DNA of 41,397 bases, taken from the NCBI GenBank assembly GCA_937901055.1, contig CALCGO010000023.1, positions 1 to 41,397 of the forward strand, written 5' to 3'. Of the stretch, positions 16,795 to 24,668 are shown one piece after another (the first letter of the stretch is position 1; each line of letters starts with the position of its first letter). The position numbers and the translations under genes were made by a program. The DNA is from an uncultured Rhodobacterales bacterium (GTDB taxonomy: Bacteria > Pseudomonadota > Alphaproteobacteria > Rhodobacterales > Rhodobacteraceae). Below the pieces are notes generated by a model. That model was not told where the DNA came from. It worked only from the letters and a program-made list of their open reading frames with translations, and made no database searches.

Positions 16795-17756
16795 TGACTA
16801 AGGAAAAACTGGATACTCTCAACGCTGCTATTACTCAGCGGATGGTTGATTCAATCAAGGCTGGTATCGACACTGGAAATTGGACGCCGCCTTGGGTGCG
16901 CGCTGACTTCGCTTGCTTCAATCCCGCATCTGGCAAGACTTACAGCGGCGGCAACAGGTTCATGCTCTCGATGATTGCGTTGATGAACGATTGGTCGAGC
17001 GAGTGGGCTACTTACAATCAGTGGCAGGGATTGAGCCGACACACTGCTCAGTGTGTTAACTTGCACGACAAGCCCAACCCGACAGCTTGTAAAGAGTTCG
17101 GTTGCGATCTCGTCCACGTTGAGAAGGGATCAAAGTCGAGCCTTGCGTTTCGGCCCTTCATTGCTAAGGACGAAGAGACTGGGGTAGACAAGATCCGAGG
17201 CTTTCGTGCTTACAACGTGTTCAACGCCAGCCAGGTCAGCGGGTACTCGCTGCCTACTGTGACTGTTACTCGTACAGATTCCGAGTATGAGCAGATGCTT
17301 GAAGCTGACGCCTATCTTCAATCTGCTGGGGCTACCTTGCGCCACTCGGCCCATGCCGGTGCTGCTTATTCGCCGGGTGGTGATTACATCATCATGCCTG
17401 ATCACGACCGCTGGACTGAGCCTGATCGTTACTGGTCAACTGCTACCCATGAGCTTGTTCACTGGACTGGACACGGCAAGCGTCTTAATCGCACGATGTC
17501 TACTGACTTTGGCTCTGATGAGTATGCCTTTGAAGAACTTGTTGCCGAGCTTGGCGCTGCGTTTCAGATGTCGAGTCTTAACCGCACCGCTACCTTTCGC
17601 GACGATCACTTGTCTTACCTCGGGCACTGGCTTCGCATCCTGACTGCTGACTCGTCGCTGTTGTGGAAAGCAGCTACCAATGCTGAACGTGCTGTCAAGT
17701 TCATCGGCAATCAAGTAGCAGATCATCACCTTACTGAGCAGGGGATTCATGTCTGA
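16794..17756 (+). CDS. ardC: ArdC-family antirestriction protein (ssDNA-binding domain plus zincin-like metalloprotease domain)
   Basis: WTPPW, NPASGKTYSGGN, WATYNQW, VFNASQV, HELVHWTGH..RLNR, YAFEELVAELGA; GGAGG RBS. Confidence 0.92.
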   Translation: MTKEKLDTLNAAITQRMVDSIKAGIDTGNWTPPWVRADFACFNPASGKTYSGGNRFMLSMIALMNDWSSEWATYNQWQGLSRHTAQCVNLHDKPNPTACKEFGCDLVHVEKGSKSSLAFRPFIAKDEETGVDKIRGFRAYNVFNASQVSGYSLPTVTVTRTDSEYEQMLEADAYLQSAGATLRHSAHAGAAYSPGGDYIIMPDHDRWTEPDRYWSTATHELVHWTGHGKRLNRTMSTDFGSDEYAFEELVAELGAAFQMSSLNRTATFRDDHLSYLGHWLRILTADSSLLWKAATNAERAVKFIGNQVADHHLTEQGIHV

Positions 17757-17892
17757 AATGTTTACAACTAACAACAAGTGTCGTCATTGCAACGGCACTG
17801 TTCACAACATTGCTGGCAAGCGACACAAGATGGAAGCTCTTGAAGCAATCCATCGCGTGTCTTGTCCCGGCTTGAACAGAAGGAAGTCTTGA
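17749..17892 (+). CDS. Small putative zinc-finger protein, 47 aa
   Basis: Hand translation MSEMFTTNNKCRHCNG...IHRVSCPG; CxxC...HxxxC; TGATG coupling to the next gene. Confidence 0.65.
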   Translation: MSEMFTTNNKCRHCNGTVHNIAGKRHKMEALEAIHRVSCPGLNRRKS

Positions 17893-18194
17893 TGCCTGAA
17901 CTGAGCACCGCAGTGCGAGGCACTGTGATCTTAGAGAAACATAATGTTGCCGGACACGACAACTATTACACCCACCAGCTTGAACGCATTGATAACTATG
18001 GTGCTGACTTGCCTGTTCATAAGTTCTACTGGCGACACACCACTGCGTATGCAGGCAAGGCTCTCCCCGAACAAGTGCGCACGTTTGAATACGAGTACCA
18101 CGATTACAACGAAGCAATCATTGCTTACGGTCAGCATCGTGACTACTTATTGATGCTCTTGCATGACCCACTTGATTCACGCAGCCTGATTTAG
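17892..18194 (+). CDS. Hypothetical protein, 100 aa
   Basis: AAGGA RBS; coupled start. Confidence 0.7.
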   Translation: MPELSTAVRGTVILEKHNVAGHDNYYTHQLERIDNYGADLPVHKFYWRHTTAYAGKALPEQVRTFEYEYHDYNEAIIAYGQHRDYLLMLLHDPLDSRSLI

Positions 18195-18213
18195 TACACT
18201 GATCTTCCAACAA

Positions 18214-18223
18214 GGAGCTACCA
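18214..18223 (+). repeat. Start-associated motif GGAGCTACCA, copy 2
   Basis: Directly abuts ATG 18224. Confidence 0.85.
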
Positions 18224-18685
18224 ATGGGCTTAGATGCCACGTTCTACCGTCATATCCAAGCAATTCCTGATTCCGACGACTCTCACGCCGCTAGTTACTT
18301 AGAACGGTGCGGCGTCTACGATCCAGAAGCTGTTGTCTCGATCACTGAATCAGTGTGGTACTTCCGCAAGTTCAATGGACTTGAGCGCTTCATGAAGCTG
18401 CATCGCCTGCATGGCCGACCCCTCAATGAGTTGTGGCTTGACGTGATTAGCGATTGGTGTCAACGTGTGCTTGATCAAGCCGACGCAGATGACGTTGAAA
18501 CCTTTGAGGAATGGTCGCTTGAGCACAATCCGCTGCGACCAATGAGCGGTTTCTTCTTTGGCGGTACTGATTACACAAGCGTTTACTTCAACAACATCAA
18601 CAAGCTCGCCAGCATCTGCCGTTCAATGCGTGATGATCTAAGCGGAGGCAAGGCTCTCTACTACACATACGAATCGAGTTGGTAA
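18224..18685 (+). CDS. Conserved-type hypothetical phage protein, 153 aa
   Basis: MGLD...YFRKFN...GFFFG..DY...YESSW pattern recurrent in phages. Confidence 0.85.
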   Translation: MGLDATFYRHIQAIPDSDDSHAASYLERCGVYDPEAVVSITESVWYFRKFNGLERFMKLHRLHGRPLNELWLDVISDWCQRVLDQADADDVETFEEWSLEHNPLRPMSGFFFGGTDYTSVYFNNINKLASICRSMRDDLSGGKALYYTYESSW

Positions 18686-19611
18686 TGCAAACTTTAGAAC
18701 TCGCCCACCTGACGCCAGCTATACGCTCGCAACGGTTTGGTACGTCACATACTGCCGTCTTGTTTGACGAGCATCCGTTTCAAACTGCTGCTCAATACTG
18801 GCTAGATAAGCGTGACGGCACGCGTCAGCCAGAGACAGCAGCAATGGTGCGAGGTACTTACCTTGAGCCATCCATTTTAAATTGGTACAACGAGACTCAA
18901 AACAAGTATCAGTTTGAGAAGTGTGAGGTTGCGTATCTCAATGACTACATCGTGAGCGTCCCTGACGGCCTCACTGAGCGCGGCACTGTGTTGTTGTCTA
19001 TCAAAACAACAGCGCGCCGTGCTGATGAGCCTGAGCCGTACTGGATCTGGCAAGCACAAGCCGAGATGATGATGACGGGTGCGCAACTCACTGTGTTTGC
19101 TTGGCTTGATGGCAACATGGAGCTCAAGACTGCTGAGATCGAGGCTGATGAAGCCTTGTTCTTTAGTATCACTACTCAAACGCGTGAGTTTATTGAAGCT
19201 CTCAAGCGCAAAGAAATGCCTGCGTCTTACCAGCGTCGTGCTGATGACGTTACTCGTCAGTACAAAGAGACTACTCCTGTCCCCTGTGAGGGCGGTGACG
19301 TGGCGTTGGAGCTTGTCGAAGAGTATTCCCTAGCCAAAGCCCGCGCTAAACAGTTCAAAGAAGACGCTGATTATTTGCGTGACAAGCTGTTCAACATTGC
19401 TCAAGACCATGAAGCTATTACTTGTGACGGTGACCTTGTTGCCCACTTGAAGCAGCGTGCTGGGTCGCAGCGTTTCGATAGCAAAGAGTTTGATCTTGCC
19501 TATCCCGGCTTGCGTGACCAGTACATCACTCGATCAGCGCCAACCCGCGTACTTACTATCCCCAAATCAATAATCCAAGCTGCCATTGAAAGGCATGATG
19601 ATTCTTTCTGA
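18685..19611 (+). CDS. YqaJ-like / lambda-exonuclease-family recombination nuclease
   Basis: FGTS, MVRGTYLEP, SVPDG, SIKTT, Y.WQAQ..M motifs; adjacent to an annealing protein; note S in place of the usual catalytic E of ExK. Confidence 0.85.
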   Translation: MQTLELAHLTPAIRSQRFGTSHTAVLFDEHPFQTAAQYWLDKRDGTRQPETAAMVRGTYLEPSILNWYNETQNKYQFEKCEVAYLNDYIVSVPDGLTERGTVLLSIKTTARRADEPEPYWIWQAQAEMMMTGAQLTVFAWLDGNMELKTAEIEADEALFFSITTQTREFIEALKRKEMPASYQRRADDVTRQYKETTPVPCEGGDVALELVEEYSLAKARAKQFKEDADYLRDKLFNIAQDHEAITCDGDLVAHLKQRAGSQRFDSKEFDLAYPGLRDQYITRSAPTRVLTIPKSIIQAAIERHDDSF

Positions 19612-20080
19612 GAACCAAACCAAAGTCCTGCTTGCAGGAATCAAATCGAGCCGTGTCAGTGAAGTCAATGGCATGTCTCACGTTGAAGGGTATGACATTC
19701 GGGCCATGTTGATCCGAGTGTTTGGCTACGGTGGCTGGTCAGAGATTGCTCAGTTACCTACCGAATTGCTTTACGAGCAAGAGACTACGACGCGCGCTGG
19801 TAAAGCTGCTTACAAAGTTGCATATCGTGCGAGCCGTCGTTTGGTTATTGACGATTGCACTTACGACGGCAGCGCTGTCGGTGAATCAATCATGCCTGAC
19901 TTTAAACGTGGTGATGCTCACGACATGGCTATCAAGACTGCTGAAACCCAAGCGTTGAAGCGTTGCGCTATCAATCTTGGTGATCAGTTTGGTCTTTCGT
20001 TGTACCGGAATGGTTCCACTGCCCCGCTTGTCCGCAAGCTGGCTGATGGCTCCGAGATTGCAGAGGTGGTAGAGCAGTGA
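19595..20080 (+). CDS. Rad52/Sak-like single-strand annealing protein
   Basis: SHVEGY.I...L.RVFGYGGWS and A.KTAETQALKRCAINLGDQFGLSLY. Confidence 0.9.
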   Translation: MMILSENQTKVLLAGIKSSRVSEVNGMSHVEGYDIRAMLIRVFGYGGWSEIAQLPTELLYEQETTTRAGKAAYKVAYRASRRLVIDDCTYDGSAVGESIMPDFKRGDAHDMAIKTAETQALKRCAINLGDQFGLSLYRNGSTAPLVRKLADGSEIAEVVEQ

Positions 20081-20322
20081 CCGAATTTGTATCAGACCCC
20101 ACAGACACCAATCGCTTTTGCGTGGCTCTCAATGAGCTTGATTACTCCACCATCATGCACGCCCTTGTGTACACAGCTAATGCCCTTGAGATTGAGAAGG
20201 GTGATGAAGCTGCTGAGGTTTACGACCGACTGCATGACAAGTTGCAAGAATGGAACTGCATGGATCTCAACCCTCAGTGGAAGATTGAAGTGTCTCATGT
20301 TGCGCCCACATTCCACAGTTAA
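20077..20322 (+). CDS. Hypothetical protein, 81 aa
   Basis: GTGA overlap with the annealing-protein gene. Confidence 0.7.
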   Translation: MTEFVSDPTDTNRFCVALNELDYSTIMHALVYTANALEIEKGDEAAEVYDRLHDKLQEWNCMDLNPQWKIEVSHVAPTFHS

Positions 20323-20329
20323 TTAACCC

Positions 20330-20350
20330 GAGCTACCAAAGGAGCTACCA
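20330..20350 (+). repeat. Tandem start-associated motif GAGCTACCAAA-GGAGCTACCA, copies 3 and 4
   Basis: Directly abuts ATG 20351. Confidence 0.85.
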
Positions 20351-20665
20351 ATGAAACGTTACGTCCGCATCTGGTCACACCCGCCAGGTTCAATGCGTCA
20401 GCATTCGATTGTGCTGAACTGGCAATCTCAAAATTTGTCAGACGACAACTTCTACCACTACACGATATCTCGCAATTTGCGGCAGGCTTATCGCGCCCTA
20501 CGCCAAGGCTCTTGGTCACAGTGCGGCGGCGGTTGGAACGAGGGTATCAACCCTGACGCTGCACGCCGTGTCATGTTTGACACCCTCTTTGCTTGCAACA
20601 TTGCAACCACTATCGAGTTCCAAGTTATTTCATCTGACAATCCCAACGTAAAAAGGACACCCTGA
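20351..20665 (+). CDS. Hypothetical protein, 104 aa
   Basis: AAGGAG RBS. Confidence 0.75.
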   Translation: MKRYVRIWSHPPGSMRQHSIVLNWQSQNLSDDNFYHYTISRNLRQAYRALRQGSWSQCGGGWNEGINPDAARRVMFDTLFACNIATTIEFQVISSDNPNVKRTP

Positions 20666-20666
20666 C

Positions 20667-21011
20667 ATGCTACTTACCAACCAAGACATCCCGAATCCCA
20701 CACGGTGCGAATCAATCAACGCTGATCTTGTCTTTATCCGTCTGCAGTTGTTGAAAGTTCTTGAAGAGAATTGCGACTCTCAAGAATTATTCGAGTTTGT
20801 TGATATGCACAACCGTCATGTGCGCAACGCAGCCTTCGAGCTCGAACTTCCAGAAGTGCGATACGAACTTGAATGCAGTGTAACTATTGACATCTCGACC
20901 CGTACCAACCCCGACGAACTTGAGCAGGCGTTTAGGGAAGCTCTCGAATCTGCTGCTGAGGACGTTGAGTATTGCTCCGTCAGCGTTGGCGTTGACCTTG
21001 TTGAGTGCTGA
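20667..21011 (+). CDS. Hypothetical acidic protein, 114 aa
   Basis: AAAGGA RBS; tiles the operon. Confidence 0.75.
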   Translation: MLLTNQDIPNPTRCESINADLVFIRLQLLKVLEENCDSQELFEFVDMHNRHVRNAAFELELPEVRYELECSVTIDISTRTNPDELEQAFREALESAAEDVEYCSVSVGVDLVEC

Positions 21012-21463
21012 TTATGGCGCAGCTATTTGATGGCCCATTGGATACTGACGATCCCATTCTTCTGCGTGAGCCGCGTCTTAAGCGCCAGCTTGTGCAGGTG
21101 TACGAACTGCTACTGCTCGATGACCTGACGCTAGAGGAACTGTCTGCCAAGACCAACGCTCCCACTTCCTCAGTGTCTGCGCGTATTCGTGACCTGCGTA
21201 AGCCTCGGTTCGGAGGCTTTCGTGTTGATCGTGAGCATTTAAGCAACGGTTTGTATCGTTACATGCTTCGATCCGACACTGGTAACCCTGAGTTTGTCTA
21301 CGATCCACTGCCTAAATCAGATAACGAGCGCCTTGAAGCACGTCGCCGTGTCATTCAGTGGCTGGATCGTGTTAGTGTCCCGGCCTTCCAAGCAGGGGCT
21401 GATGGCCCCGTAATGTTTGGTCACCGACTGCTCATTGATGACCTCCACACCCTTTGCCGTTAG
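21005..21463 (+). CDS. Winged helix-turn-helix DNA-binding protein
   Basis: LTLEELSAKTNAPTSSVSARIRDLRKPRFGG...GLYRY; start may be 21014. Confidence 0.8.
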   Translation: MLIMAQLFDGPLDTDDPILLREPRLKRQLVQVYELLLLDDLTLEELSAKTNAPTSSVSARIRDLRKPRFGGFRVDREHLSNGLYRYMLRSDTGNPEFVYDPLPKSDNERLEARRRVIQWLDRVSVPAFQAGADGPVMFGHRLLIDDLHTLCR

Positions 21464-21469
21464 GAATGT

Positions 21470-21757
21470 ATGACCCCAGCAAGAATGCGTGCTCTGCAAG
21501 AACTTGTCAACGTGCGACGCAGCATCTCAACTTTGATCAACGAACTATCCGGTGACCCTAGTTACCGTGATTTCGTTAAGCGTCTTGAGTCTGGCGAGGA
21601 AGTGTCTACCAGGGCCCGTCGTCCTGGCGACGTGCCACCGTTAACAGACCAGGAAGTTGAAGAGAAGTACGGCGTCAGCGTTGAGCCACCCACTGACGGC
21701 GAGATACCCCCCTGGGTGATGGAACGTATCAGCAAACACATTACTGATACGCTCTAG
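21470..21757 (+). CDS. Hypothetical protein, 95 aa
   Basis: AGGA RBS; tiles the operon. Confidence 0.7.
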   Translation: MTPARMRALQELVNVRRSISTLINELSGDPSYRDFVKRLESGEEVSTRARRPGDVPPLTDQEVEEKYGVSVEPPTDGEIPPWVMERISKHITDTL

Positions 21758-21760
21758 GTT

Positions 21761-21826
21761 TGATGCCGTCCTGCCAGGGTTGTTTGGTAGCTCCCCTCGC
21801 AGGGCGGCGTCATACATTTTTATGTT
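21761..21826 (+). ncRNA. Stem-loop with U-rich tail whose loop is antisense to GGAGCTACCA (candidate sRNA and/or terminator)
   Basis: TGATGCCGTCCTGC / GCAGGGCGGCGTCA 14-bp stem with two G-U pairs; inner AGGG/CCCT; apical TTGTTTGGTAGCTCC. Confidence 0.55.
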
Positions 21827-22370
21827 TAAGATACTTACTACCTTCGTGTTTGCGATTGGCGTGCTGCCGCTTGCAGCCCAAGCTGAACCGCGCTCTATCC
21901 ACGAAGGTATCCAAGGCCCGTTCCACCATGCGGAACGCGGTGAGCAAGTTCAAGTTAACCCCCCACCAACAACTCTTCCGCCTCGGCGCGAGTGGACTGG
22001 TTCAATTCCGTCCCACTACGGCAGCACCACCGGCTGTTCGCAAGCCAACGCCACTCTTATTGCTCATGCAATGTGGGATGTAGGAGCTAATGACTCCCAG
22101 GTGTATCGAATGCTCAACATCGTCAGCCGCGAAAGCGGTTGCGACTCATCTGCTTACAACGGCAACCGTCGAACCGGCGATGACAGTTGGGGATTCTGTC
22201 AACTCAATTCTCTCGCCGGGTTCTTTCGTTCGGGCGGCATCTTGGAAAACTACAACCGATGGTCGTTCGCAGGTAACCCCCGGCACAACGCTCAAGCCTG
22301 TGCTGCGCTGTATGCCCGCTGCGGCTTTGGCCCCTGGATTAAAGGCGACTACGGATGTAGGAAGCCGTAA
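21822..22370 (+). CDS. Secreted lytic transglycosylase (SLT / lysozyme-like fold)
   Basis: Signal peptide MFKILTTFVFAIGVLPLAAQA; catalytic motifs IVSRESGC, DSWGFCQLN, NAQAC, GFGPW. Confidence 0.85.
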   Translation: MFKILTTFVFAIGVLPLAAQAEPRSIHEGIQGPFHHAERGEQVQVNPPPTTLPPRREWTGSIPSHYGSTTGCSQANATLIAHAMWDVGANDSQVYRMLNIVSRESGCDSSAYNGNRRTGDDSWGFCQLNSLAGFFRSGGILENYNRWSFAGNPRHNAQACAALYARCGFGPWIKGDYGCRKP

Positions 22371-22414
22371 CAAATAGATCACCCCACAAAGTGTGGGCTT
22401 GAAAAGGAGGCATT

Positions 22415-22846
22415 ATGCCAGGTAATACAGTAGCTATCAGTGGAACACTCGGAGCAGATCCCGAGCTTCGATACACGCAATCGGCTCGACCAGTCTGCGG
22501 GATGCGCATTGCATCCAACCGTCGCTATCAGCGCAACGGTGAATGGGAAGAAGAGACTACTTGGTTCTCGATCACAGCTTGGGGGGAATTGGGAGAGAAC
22601 TGCGCCCAGTCTTTGGTGAAGGGTGTAGCCGTTGACGTGCAGGGTCGCTTCAAGGAAAGCCAATACACCGACAAAGACGGCAACGAGCGCAAGAGCTTTG
22701 AAGTTGTAGCTGACACTGTTGGCCCGTCGTTGCGTTGGGCAACGTGTGAAGTCACCAAGGTCAAGCGCGAGAAGGCTGACGCTGGCGCTGTTGCACGCCC
22801 GCAACCTCAAGCTACCCCTGTTTACGACGAGACTGAACCGTTCTAA
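22415..22846 (+). CDS. ssb: Single-stranded DNA-binding protein
   Basis: GTLGADPELRYT, WGELGENCAQSL.KG, VGPSLRWAT (actinobacterial-type) and acidic tail DETEPF; AAGGAGG RBS. Confidence 0.95.
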   Translation: MPGNTVAISGTLGADPELRYTQSARPVCGMRIASNRRYQRNGEWEEETTWFSITAWGELGENCAQSLVKGVAVDVQGRFKESQYTDKDGNERKSFEVVADTVGPSLRWATCEVTKVKREKADAGAVARPQPQATPVYDETEPF

Positions 22847-22920
22847 TGTTTCCCGAACTGCTTGTCCTCTTCGGCCTAGCTGGCTTATGCGCCATGCTTG
22901 TTTGGATAAGCTGTCTCTAA
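22846..22920 (+). CDS. 24-aa hydrophobic peptide MFPELLVLFGLAGLCAMLVWISCL
   Basis: Hand translation; TAATG coupling to ssb. Confidence 0.45.
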   Translation: MFPELLVLFGLAGLCAMLVWISCL

Positions 22921-22999
22921 TCGTCCTGGCGAGCGATGTAAGCGCCTAGCGCTATCATCCCGGCTGCTACACCAGCGCCCGCCAACATAGTACGAGTCT

Positions 23000-23074
23000 C
23001 GCCGTTCTCTGCTATTGCTACTGCTCCCCCTAGCAGCGCCGAAGCTGCAAGGAGGAGTGGAGCAGAGAACGGCG
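23000..23074 (-). terminator. Long stem-loop at the early/late convergence (terminator or processing site)
   Basis: Perfect 14-bp inverted repeat CGCCGTTCTCTGCT / AGCAGAGAACGGCG plus inner stems that pair better on the - strand; 6 bp after the endolysin stop; no U-tract. Confidence 0.6.
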
Positions 23075-23080
23075 TCCTCA

Positions 23081-24082
23081 TCACTTCGGGTAATGCACAA
23101 CGTCGCCTGGATTGAAGTTGCGTGCCCCGCCACCATTGAAATCAGCAAAGGTGTCAAACATCTCAGCGCTAGGCCAAGCTGTCGTGTTAGTCAAGCGCCG
23201 GATAATTGACGCCACACCTTCACCAATCTCTACTTCGCCACGAACACCAGCAACCCCAGGGATTGCAGTGAAGACAGGCTTACTTGCAGTTGAGTAACTG
23301 TTAAACGCTGACGCGTCAAGCTCTGTGTGCTTGGAGCCATCGCCGTAGCAGGTGCTTGCTACACCCCAGGGCGTGTCGCCCTTCTTGATGTACCATTCGA
23401 CTGGATCGACAGCAGTTACGTCGTCAGATGGCGGCGGGTTCGGCAGGTCGGGCTCCGGTGCCGGTGGTGGTGGCGGCGGCTCAGGCACGTCTTCCGTGTC
23501 AGCGTATGCCAGCCAGCAATCGCCACGGAACTTGTCCATGTCCCATAGTGCGCCACCAGTAGCGTACTTGGAGTTGCCTGCCGGGTCGTACTTGCGGTTC
23601 GTCCACTCAAAGTGGGCGACAATATCGCCCCAGTTCAGACCAAGCTTGGTGACAAGAACATGGCACATCTTGGCGTATGCAACCTGCTGGACCTCCGGCC
23701 ACTGCTCACCAGTGCCCGCATTCGCGGCCTCGATAGAGAGCATGTAGCGGTTGCCCGCATCCTTCGGGATCGTGCCCTTAGAGGTCTTGTACGGGCCACC
23801 CTTGCCTTGAGTATTTGTGGCCCCAGCCGCGCAGACGGTCACGGTGCCGTCCCTTGAGAGATACAAGGCCCCGATTGGCTTGGCGTCAGCGTTATTGAGC
23901 ATGTAGTTCAAGTCATTAGCGGGCGTAGTGTTCGATGCAGTGTGATGGACACCGATAGCCCACACCGCGTCGTAGCCACCGCTGGAACGTGAGCGTGTCT
24001 GCCAGCCGGGGTACTCCTCGACCTTCAGCCCGCCTTCACGCAGCCAGTCAGCCATGTTGAGAAGCCAAATGTTTCCACTCAT
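23081..24082 (-). CDS. Endolysin: N-acetylmuramoyl-L-alanine amidase (Amidase_2) with Pro linker and LysM-like C-terminus
   Basis: VHHTA, LSIEA.N, VAHFEW..RK.DP; PEPPPPPPAPEP linker; YIKKGDTPWGVA. Confidence 0.9.
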   Translation of the reverse strand: MSGNIWLLNMADWLREGGLKVEEYPGWQTRSRSSGGYDAVWAIGVHHTASNTTPANDLNYMLNNADAKPIGALYLSRDGTVTVCAAGATNTQGKGGPYKTSKGTIPKDAGNRYMLSIEAANAGTGEQWPEVQQVAYAKMCHVLVTKLGLNWGDIVAHFEWTNRKYDPAGNSKYATGGALWDMDKFRGDCWLAYADTEDVPEPPPPPPAPEPDLPNPPPSDDVTAVDPVEWYIKKGDTPWGVASTCYGDGSKHTELDASAFNSYSTASKPVFTAIPGVAGVRGEVEIGEGVASIIRRLTNTTAWPSAEMFDTFADFNGGGARNFNPGDVVHYPK

Positions 24083-24237
24083 GCTGGAACTTCCAGCTTG
24101 TCGCCGTAAAGCGCGGTGAGCGCTTCAAGCGGCGTGCTTGCCTCGTCCATCACTGACTGCACCTCATCAAGACGGTCGTAGTCAATGGGAGGATCACCGT
24201 CTGCGGTGTCCTCGTTAGCGTCTGCGTAATGGTCCAT
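24079..24237 (-). CDS. Small acidic protein, 52 aa (MDHYADANEDTADGDPPIDYDRL...)
   Basis: Hand translation; AGGAG RBS; ATGA overlap with the endolysin. Confidence 0.7.
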   Translation of the reverse strand: MDHYADANEDTADGDPPIDYDRLDEVQSVMDEASTPLEALTALYGDKLEVPA

Positions 24238-24245
24238 AGTTTCTC

Positions 24246-24668
24246 CTAATCAATCATCTCTAAACCGTCACGAATAACTAACCGTGCCGTGTCCAGAGAA
24301 GGTGCCGTTACCGAACGGACACCCGTATCTGTGGTGTAATCAATCCTAATCGTTAGATCAAACTCGCCAGGTGGCACGTTGGTATCTTCCGGTTGCACGT
24401 CGTAGTAGATAATGCCGTCCTCGGGAACGATAATCAGCACCTGACGTGGCTCTGACCAATCAAAGCCAGTGTCTTCCAGCCATTGTTCTGTTGTCGGCAC
24501 GCCACTGACGCGGCGCACTGCCATAAAGCATTCGGCCCCTGTGAGATCAATAGGTCTATTGCCGTCACCCAAAACGCGCAACACAATGCCAGGCAACGTG
24601 TCACCAGCGCGCCAGTTCAGTACGTCGGGTGACGTGACGATTCGGTTTGGCTTGGGAATAATGCTCAT
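24246..24668 (-). CDS. BppU-N-like Ig-fold virion protein, 140 aa
   Basis: GDTLP..., PIDLTGA, G.I.Y....DT..PG.F pattern. Confidence 0.65.
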   Translation of the reverse strand: MSIIPKPNRIVTSPDVLNWRAGDTLPGIVLRVLGDGNRPIDLTGAECFMAVRRVSGVPTTEQWLEDTGFDWSEPRQVLIIVPEDGIIYYDVQPEDTNVPPGEFDLTIRIDYTTDTGVRSVTAPSLDTARLVIRDGLEMID

